A DNA stretch of 40,749 nt from a virus (taxonomy: Duplodnaviria; Caudoviricetes), in the IMG/VR virus record IMGVR_UViG_3300033076_000803, positions 1 through 40,749 of that record; one strand, given 5' to 3'. The notes under the pieces are model-generated. The model saw only the letters and a program-made list of their open reading frames with translations. It searched no databases and was not told the DNA's origin. Made by a program: the position numbers and the translations under genes. Below are positions 34,840 to 40,749 of this stretch, piece after piece. The first letter of the stretch is position 1. Every line of letters begins with the position of its first letter.

Positions 34840-35350
34840 AACGGTGGTGATTTGCGCCGTGATGTAGGTTTTGCCCGAATGGGCTGGATTACCCACCTGT
34901 CGCGTGTCGGCAGGCCCTAGCCAAACGGCTAGCGTATAGCCCCGGCCTCTGGTGGATCGCCCGTGAGGGAAGCAGGATCGCTACGCCTCACGCGGTTACG
35001 CGGAAGCGCTTGCCAGCCTAGGACAATGGCGAGCGTCGGGGCAAGAAATTCGCCAGCAATGGCGTGCAAGTTGGGGACGACGACCGCCGTTAACCCGAGC
35101 GAGGCGCGATTTTGCAAGAGCGCCGCGAGGTTCCGAAGCGGAAGCGTAATACACGGGCGAGGGCCGTGGCCCCTTGAGTTTCGCCAGTGATGGCATAAAA
35201 GTTAGCGCAGTGCGTGCAGCGTGAGCGGCGCAAGACCAGTCGAAAGACGAACAGCCAAGGTGTCGGCCCAAGCTGCGCTAAACTCAACATGACAGAGGCC
35301 TCTGGCAACCGCTACGCCTCTGTCTTCGTCTTCCCTGCCATGTGTAGGGC
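34840..35350 (+). ncRNA. Large highly structured non-coding RNA candidate, family unassigned
   Basis: No credible ORF; at least 12 hairpins, several with GNRA loops on the + strand; nested long-range helices; duplicated internal motif (see findings). Confidence 0.7.
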
Positions 35351-35550
35351 TAGCATTCGTCCTCGGTCCTAGGATCGCGGACAGCTTTCACAAGCTTGAT
35401 AAGCCGCAACAGTAGCGCAAGTGTGGATGGATCGGGGTTTCGCCCTTGCTCCCAATGTGAGTAGGTCCGCAGCGAAACACCTAGCGTAGCAGCGGCTACA
35501 GCTTGTGAGGCTGTGCCGCGCCATGCTTTGAGAGTTTGGGCGAGGGTCAT
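35350..35550 (-). CDS. XRE/HigA-like HTH protein
   Basis: LKAWRGTASQAVAAATLGVSLRTYSHWEQGRNP. Confidence 0.85.
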   Translation of the reverse strand: MTLAQTLKAWRGTASQAVAAATLGVSLRTYSHWEQGRNPDPSTLALLLRLIKLVKAVRDPRTEDEC

Positions 35551-35717
35551 TGGCCGGTAGCCTTGGCGGGATGAGGCAAGTGCAATTGAATTGCAAAATA
35601 TACGCTGCCGTCTGGCTCTTGCTCCATGACAGTATAACCGCTTACTTGTTTCCAGCCGCGAAAATGGAGCATGATTAGGTTAAAGATAAGACGGGCGGTT
35701 GAAACACTTCCCCTCAT
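35547..35717 (-). CDS. Hypothetical protein (56 aa; not in the ORF track)
   Basis: AGGAG RBS in the end of the upstream gene; MRGSVSTARLIFNLIML...; ATGA overlap with the HTH gene. Confidence 0.6.
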   Translation of the reverse strand: MRGSVSTARLIFNLIMLHFRGWKQVSGYTVMEQEPDGSVYFAIQLHLPHPAKATGQ

Positions 35718-35720
35718 CGT

Positions 35721-35942
35721 TTACTCCTGTGGCTTAAAAAAGCTGGTTGTGAAAGATTTTACACCGATATCCTTGTGGGCATCATCAACATGCACACGAA
35801 CGATGTCAGCCCCGCGAACGTCTTTGGCGGCTCGCCGCGCAAACTTTATGGCGTCAGCCTTGTTTCCAGTGAAGTGATACGGTTCTTCAAGCGTGCCGTC
35901 GGCAGTCTCAAACCGAAGGGCGTAGCGGGCTGCGTTGTTCAT
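35721..35942 (-). CDS. Hypothetical protein, first gene of an antisense cassette
   Basis: 73 aa, GGAG RBS, promoter upstream. Confidence 0.7.
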   Translation of the reverse strand: MNNAARYALRFETADGTLEEPYHFTGNKADAIKFARRAAKDVRGADIVRVHVDDAHKDIGVKSFTTSFFKPQE

Positions 35943-35969
35943 CTGCGTTCTCCGTTGCTGATGAACATA

Positions 35970-35998
35970 GGTATATACCCGTGACGGGTAGTTTGCAA
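35970..35998 (-). promoter_or_regulatory. Sigma70 promoter with palindromic operator
   Basis: TTGCAA-17 bp-TATACC; perfect palindrome TACCCGT-G-ACGGGTA (35976-35990) in the spacer. Confidence 0.75.
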
Positions 35999-36171
35999 CA
36001 ACAATCTGCGCAACAAAATTGCGTTTTGTTCAACATCACAGACAAGCGTTGAGCATGACATTCATCGCAGGCTTCATTGCTGGCGTGTTTAGCTGCGCTT
36101 GCATCCTCATTATCAGCTTTCAATGTCTATCGCGGGAGTTGTCCCGCTAACACTCCACAAGGGTGAAGGTG

Positions 36172-36483
36172 ATGGCGACTAGCAATAAAGAATTGCCGAT
36201 TGCTGCAAAGCGCAAGCCGCCAGCGGCGGGCATGGGTAGGCCGAAGGGAACGCCGAACAAAACTACGGCATTGCTCAAGGATGCCATTCTGCGCGCTGCT
36301 GACGAGGCGGGCGGGGCTGAGGGGCTTGTTGGTTATCTCCGGGTGCAGGCGGTCGAAAATCCCGGCCCGTTCATGACGCTGCTTGGCAAAGTGCTGCCCA
36401 TGCAAGTGACGGGCGCGAACGATGGCCCGCTACAGATCGTAATCAAGAAATTCGAAATTGCCTCAGATCGTCCTGCCGAATAA
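36172..36483 (+). CDS. terS: Terminase small subunit
   Basis: GRPKGTPNKTT...FMTLLGKVLPMQVTG motif; overlaps the terL start. Confidence 0.85.
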   Translation: MATSNKELPIAAKRKPPAAGMGRPKGTPNKTTALLKDAILRAADEAGGAEGLVGYLRVQAVENPGPFMTLLGKVLPMQVTGANDGPLQIVIKKFEIASDRPAE

Positions 36484-37852
36484 CTGGCAGCCGCGCTGGT
36501 ATCAGTTGCCGCTGTGGCGCGGCTTGGAAACAAAAAGGCGCGTAATCGAGATTGCCCATCGGCGCTGGGGCAAAGACGATGTGATGCTGCACAACGCGGC
36601 AATCAAAGGACTAGAGCGCCCGGCCACATATTGGCATTGCTTGCCAGAATATGAGCAAGCCCGCCGCGCGATTTGGAACGCTGTTAACCCGCATACGGGG
36701 AAGCGGCGCATTGATGAAGCGTTCCCTCGTGAGATTGTCTCGCGGCGGAATGACAACGAAATGCTTATCGAGCTTGTCAGCGGTTCGACATGGCAAGTTA
36801 TCGGGTCAGACCGATACGATAGCCTAGTTGGCGCTGGCGTTGCTGGTGTGACGTTCTCTGAGTGGGCTTTGGCCAATCCTTCAGCGTGGGGCTACATCAA
36901 GCCCATGGTGGAGGAAAACAACGGCTGGGCTGCATTCATCACGACGCCTCGTGGCAAGAACCACGCCAAATCCATGTTGGATATGGCGCTAAAGAACGAT
37001 GATTGGTTTGCTGAAGTCTCGCCAATCTCGGTTACGAAAGCGCTATCACAAAAGCAACTTGATGAAGCGCTGCTAGAGTATCAAGCGCTGTTTGGCCACG
37101 ACGCAGGCCAAGCGCTGTTTGATCAGGAATATTATTGCTCGTTCGATGCCGCTATTCCAGGCGCATACTATGGCCGCGAAATGGCGCTGGCCACATCGAC
37201 CGGCAGGATTTGCGATGTCCCGGTTGTTTCGGGTGTTCCGGTCCATACCGTATGGGACTTGGGCAAAGGCCAGAACATGGCCATCTGGTGCTTTCAGGTT
37301 ATCGGCGAGTGGGTTCACCTTGTCGATTATCTGTCTGGTCAGGCGGCGTATATTCCGGACTATGTGAAGCTGCTGGACGAGCGCGGTTATCGCGGTGTTG
37401 ATATTGTGCCGCACGACGCAAGAGTTGCAGAACTTGGGACCGGCAGAACCCGCGTTGAAACGCTTGTAAGCCTTGGCAGGCACCCGATTGTCTGCCCGAT
37501 GCATAAGGTCGATGACGGCATTAACGCGGTGCGCATGACGCTCCCGCATTGCAGGTTTGATATTGTCAAGACTGCCGCTGGTGTTGAAGCCCTTCGCCAA
37601 TACGAGCGCGAATGGGACGACAAAGCGAAGATGTTCAAGGATGTGCCAAGGCACAATTGGGCATCGCACCCCGCAGACGCATTCCGCTATCTCGCCATGT
37701 CTTGGCGAAAGGTTGTGGCCAAAGAACCGCCGCCGCCGCCAAAGAACGAACTGATTTTCGAAGCTGACGAACTCGGCAGGGTAAAGGGCAACCTTTCCAT
37801 TCGTGAGATTGTCGCATTGAAGGAAAAGCGCCGCAAAAATGGAAGCTATTGA
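36458..37852 (+). CDS. terL: Terminase large subunit
   Basis: Walker A-like HRRWGKD, Walker B-like VTFSEWA, TTPRGKN, nuclease motifs WDLG and HPADAFRY. Confidence 0.95.
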   Translation: MPQIVLPNNWQPRWYQLPLWRGLETKRRVIEIAHRRWGKDDVMLHNAAIKGLERPATYWHCLPEYEQARRAIWNAVNPHTGKRRIDEAFPREIVSRRNDNEMLIELVSGSTWQVIGSDRYDSLVGAGVAGVTFSEWALANPSAWGYIKPMVEENNGWAAFITTPRGKNHAKSMLDMALKNDDWFAEVSPISVTKALSQKQLDEALLEYQALFGHDAGQALFDQEYYCSFDAAIPGAYYGREMALATSTGRICDVPVVSGVPVHTVWDLGKGQNMAIWCFQVIGEWVHLVDYLSGQAAYIPDYVKLLDERGYRGVDIVPHDARVAELGTGRTRVETLVSLGRHPIVCPMHKVDDGINAVRMTLPHCRFDIVKTAAGVEALRQYEREWDDKAKMFKDVPRHNWASHPADAFRYLAMSWRKVVAKEPPPPPKNELIFEADELGRVKGNLSIREIVALKEKRRKNGSY

Positions 37853-39866
37853 ACCGCAATCGCCGGATGCCTTTGTCATGCAATGGTGTCAAGCGATTGA
37901 TGCCGCATGTCATGAAGAGAAAGACTGGCATGAGCAGGCGGAAGCGGCTTTCTGTGCGTTCCGTGGCGAAAAGAAAGAGCAGCATTTCAACCTGTTCCAT
38001 TCGAACATCGAAACGATTGTCCCGGCGATTTATAACAGCCCTCCGGTTCCCGACATTCGCCGCCGCTTTGGCGATAAGGGCATTGTAGAAAAGACCGTCG
38101 CTGACATGATCGAACGCGCCCTGCAATACGGGGGCGATATTTACGACTTGGACGGTCATTTGCGGGCTGGCGTTTATGACATGGCTTTGGCTGGCCGTGG
38201 CGTTCTTCGCGTTCGCTACATGCCGAAGCTTGCGGATGATGGCCAATCCATCGCTGGCCAGTCCGTGCTGTGTGAGCATGTGCCTTGGCAGTCTTTCAAG
38301 CGTGGCGCTGCCAAGGCTTGGGAAGACGTGCCGTGGATTGCGTTCGAGCATTTCCTGACCCGCAAGCAGGTGGCGCAGCTTAATCCTGAGTTTGTGAGCG
38401 AAACAGCGTTTGTGCATTCCGCATCGACGCTTGACGCTGACGAGGATGACAAGGGCAGCAAGGGACCGGATCGGTTCAAGTGCGCCCGCGTTTGGGAGAT
38501 TTGGGACAAGGCTACAAAGACGGTCATTTTCCTTTCGCCGGATGCGAAGGAACAGCCGATCCTTGTTGAGCCTGACCCGCTTCAGTTGGAAGGGTTCTTC
38601 CCAGTGCCCCGCCCGCTTCAGTGGGTGGATATGCCGGGCTCGCTTGTGCCTGTCTGCCCGCATGCAATCTATGAACGGCTGATGGACGACCTGAACAAGG
38701 TCTCTATTCGCATTGCGAAGTTGGTGAAGCAGGTTCGGCCACGCGGTGCGTATATCGGTGACTATCCAGATTTGAAGTCCATTGCCGAAGCAGAAGATGG
38801 TGAACTGGTGCCATTGTCTGGCATTGATCAGATGATGGTGGCGGGCGGTGGCGGCATCGACAAGGCCATCACGTGGTTCCCGCTTGAGCCGACCATTCTT
38901 GCCATTCGCGAGTTGGTTGCCCATCGCGAGATGATCAAGCAGCAGATTTACGAAGTGACGGGCATCAGCGATATCATTCGCGGCGCTTCGAAGGCTTCGG
39001 AAACGGCGACAGCGCAGAACATCAAGGCGTCGTTCGCCAACCAGCGCATGACGAAATGGCAAAGCGAAGTTGCCCGGTTCGCGCGTGACCTGTTCCGCCT
39101 CAAGGCTGAAATCATGTGCCAGGTTTTCCAGCCTGAGACATGGTTTGAAATGACAGGGATTGAACTACTGACCGAAGCGCAGAAGGCGCAGATTGGTCAG
39201 ATGCAGGAAGCCAGCCCCGAACAGGCTGAAGCCCTCGCAAAGCAGCAGCCTAAGCTTCTGGAAGCGTTCAAGCGGCCCTCGGTTGAAAAGGTCATGGAAA
39301 TCATGAAGTCGGACGCGCGGCGTTCGTATCGGATTGACATTGAGACAGACAGCACGGTCCGTTCGGACGTGCAGCGCTTCCAGCAGCAGAGCGCGCAATT
39401 CCTGCAAGGCACTACGGCTTATATCCAGGCCATGGGGCCGCTGGTTCAGCAGGGTGTGTTGCCGCCTGAGACTGCCATCGAAATCTTCCTTGCGTTCGCC
39501 CGTCAGTTCAAGCTGGGCAAGACCACGGAAGACGCGCTCGAACAGCTTCGCAATCAAGCCGCTGAAGTTGGTCCTGAGATGATGCGTAAGGCTCAAGAAG
39601 CGCAGCAGGCCAAGGAAGGCGGCAAGGGCGCTGACCCGCAAGCTGAGCAAATGAAGGCACAGGCTGAACAGGCCAAGGTGCAGCAGATGCAAGCCAAGCT
39701 TCAGATTGAAGCGCAGAAGGCACAAGCCGAAGTGCAGCTTGGGCAGCAACGCCTGATGCTCGACAAGTATGAAATCGACAACAAGTTGGCCTTGGAGGCG
39801 CAGAAAGCGCAAATGAGCCAAGTCGCCAAGATGCAGCGCCCGGTGCGCTTGGAGGATAGCCGATGA
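37839..39866 (+). CDS. Portal protein (P22-like, long C-terminal helical region)
   Basis: 675 aa after terL; FFPVPRPL, IYEVTGISDIIRG...ETATAQ; Q/A-rich coiled C-terminus. Confidence 0.9.
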   Translation: MEAIEPQSPDAFVMQWCQAIDAACHEEKDWHEQAEAAFCAFRGEKKEQHFNLFHSNIETIVPAIYNSPPVPDIRRRFGDKGIVEKTVADMIERALQYGGDIYDLDGHLRAGVYDMALAGRGVLRVRYMPKLADDGQSIAGQSVLCEHVPWQSFKRGAAKAWEDVPWIAFEHFLTRKQVAQLNPEFVSETAFVHSASTLDADEDDKGSKGPDRFKCARVWEIWDKATKTVIFLSPDAKEQPILVEPDPLQLEGFFPVPRPLQWVDMPGSLVPVCPHAIYERLMDDLNKVSIRIAKLVKQVRPRGAYIGDYPDLKSIAEAEDGELVPLSGIDQMMVAGGGGIDKAITWFPLEPTILAIRELVAHREMIKQQIYEVTGISDIIRGASKASETATAQNIKASFANQRMTKWQSEVARFARDLFRLKAEIMCQVFQPETWFEMTGIELLTEAQKAQIGQMQEASPEQAEALAKQQPKLLEAFKRPSVEKVMEIMKSDARRSYRIDIETDSTVRSDVQRFQQQSAQFLQGTTAYIQAMGPLVQQGVLPPETAIEIFLAFARQFKLGKTTEDALEQLRNQAAEVGPEMMRKAQEAQQAKEGGKGADPQAEQMKAQAEQAKVQQMQAKLQIEAQKAQAEVQLGQQRLMLDKYEIDNKLALEAQKAQMSQVAKMQRPVRLEDSR

Positions 39867-40168
39867 ACAGCGTATTTACGCCGGTTGGCGCTACCGTCAA
39901 CATTGCGGCAGCGACGACGACCGCCAGTGTCGCGCGCACGTCTCTTGACTTGCGGGAAGGCGCACAGGTCCGGGTGTGCAATGCGGGCTCAGTGGTTGCC
40001 TTTGTGGCATTCGGCGACTCTGGTGCCACGGCAACGACCACGGCAAGCATGCCGATCCTTCCGAATACGGTTGAGGTTTTCACGGTCAATCCGACGCAAA
40101 CGCATATGGCGGCCATCACTGCCAGCGGTTCGACCACGCTTTATCTGACCACAGGGGTTGGCCAATGA
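39863..40168 (+). CDS. Small beta-rich virion protein, candidate head spike base
   Basis: 101 aa A/T/V-rich, GGAGG RBS, ATGA-coupled to the head fibre gene. Confidence 0.6.
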   Translation: MNSVFTPVGATVNIAAATTTASVARTSLDLREGAQVRVCNAGSVVAFVAFGDSGATATTTASMPILPNTVEVFTVNPTQTHMAAITASGSTTLYLTTGVGQ

Positions 40169-40749
40169 GCCGTCTTCGCGCTTCGGCGGGCGGGCGCGGC
40201 TCCACGTCGCTTTCGCTCATTCACCCGGAAGCGATTTACGACATCAACTTTGCGTCTGGCCAATGGTTTGGTGCGCTCCCGTCTGACCTCGTTGTATCGC
40301 GTGCCAGCGAAGCGCTGACGCTGACGGCGGGCGGCACGTATGCCAATTTCGCCAGCAATACCGCGCGCATCACTGGCAACGGGCTGTTAATCGAGGAAGC
40401 GCGAACGAATAGCATTCGTAACCCGCGAGGGAGTGGTGCGGTTGCAGGATCGCCGGGGACGCTGCCGACGAATTGGCCAGCTTATTCATATGCTGGCTTG
40501 ACTGGTTTAACGTTCGAGGTTTCAAGCACTGGCACCGAGGGCGGGCTACCATACGTTGATTTTCGTCTTTTTGGCACGGCTTCAGGCAGTGGCAATGTTT
40601 ATATTTTCCCTGAAGATCGCGTGACCGCTGTATCTGCGACGGGTGAGACTTGGACCGCCAGCGTATTTGCAGGGCTGGTATCTGGAACCGCTGGCAATAT
40701 TTTTGTCGGATGGGATGAATGCACAGCGGCGGGGGTTTTTGTCGCGGCA
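40165..40749 (+). CDS. N-terminal part of head spike/fibre protein (continues at 1-687)
   Basis: 195 codons without a stop from ATG 40165; contains GLLIEEARTN motif; absent from the ORF track because it crosses the window end. Confidence 0.8.
   Translation, partial: MSRLRASAGGRGSTSLSLIHPEAIYDINFASGQWFGALPSDLVVSRASEALTLTAGGTYANFASNTARITGNGLLIEEARTNSIRNPRGSGAVAGSPGTLPTNWPAYSYAGLTGLTFEVSSTGTEGGLPYVDFRLFGTASGSGNVYIFPEDRVTAVSATGETWTASVFAGLVSGTAGNIFVGWDECTAAGVFVAA

Larger units (their letters stand above)
1..40749. mobile_element. Complete temperate phage genome (podovirus, P22/lambdoid-like layout), circularly permuted; likely alphaproteobacterial host
   Basis: Packaging, head, short-tail/ejection, lysis, int/xis/attP, cI/cro and replication modules all present; no tape measure, tail tube or host housekeeping genes recognised; ORF 40165-40749 joins base 1 in frame. 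Confidence 0.95.

Noticed and set aside
35095-35260. Assignment of the RNA as a group II intron, RNase P RNA or tmRNA
   Set aside because: GTGCG at 35210 and GAGC...GGTTC at 35097-35133 are suggestive, but I could not build a canonical domain V, a GAGGAAAGTCC P4 strand or tRNA-like ends; left unassigned pending cmscan
34929-35308. Short ORFs (62-91 aa) in the non-coding interval
   Set aside because: Mutually overlapping, no convincing RBS or motifs; dense base-pairing explains the sequence better
37635-39062. 475-aa - strand ORF (likewise 2706-3923 and 11545-12435)
   Set aside because: Antisense shadows of portal, capsid and ejection genes, expected in GC-rich DNA
1-40749. CRISPR array, IS/transposase, DNA methyltransferase, DNA polymerase, alternative genetic code
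   Set aside because: No regularly spaced repeats or matching motifs noticed; standard-code ORFs tile the genome with tight coupling

Overview
The window appears to be one complete, circularly permuted genome (40,749 bp) of a temperate podovirus with P22/lambdoid-like organisation. The host is probably an alphaproteobacterium (inferred from the tRNA-Pro att core and gene content). A head-fibre ORF starting at 40165 runs off the end and continues in frame at base 1, which supports circularity. The + strand late block (36172->40749/1->20091) encodes terS, terL, portal, head spike proteins, scaffold, capsid, tail adaptor and nozzle, ejection proteins, tail fibre, a GH108 lysis cassette with Rz/Rz1, and a phosphoesterase/DUF4406/DUF3310 cluster. 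The - strand early block (30273->20124) has recombination genes, HNH, xis/int, attP and many small modular ORFs. An immunity region (cI/cro with operators, plus a lipoprotein) is followed by a + strand replication block (31051-34784). Most notable: (1) a ~500-nt, GNRA-rich, multi-junction structured non-coding RNA candidate (~34840-35350) at the head of the late operon; (2) an attP carrying the 5' half of tRNA-Pro(TGG) rather than the usual 3' half, flanked by four TCGGGACTT arm repeats; (3) small cassettes with their own promoter and operator, and several candidate superinfection-exclusion membrane proteins. All calls are by eye from motifs and synteny; no database search or folding program was run.
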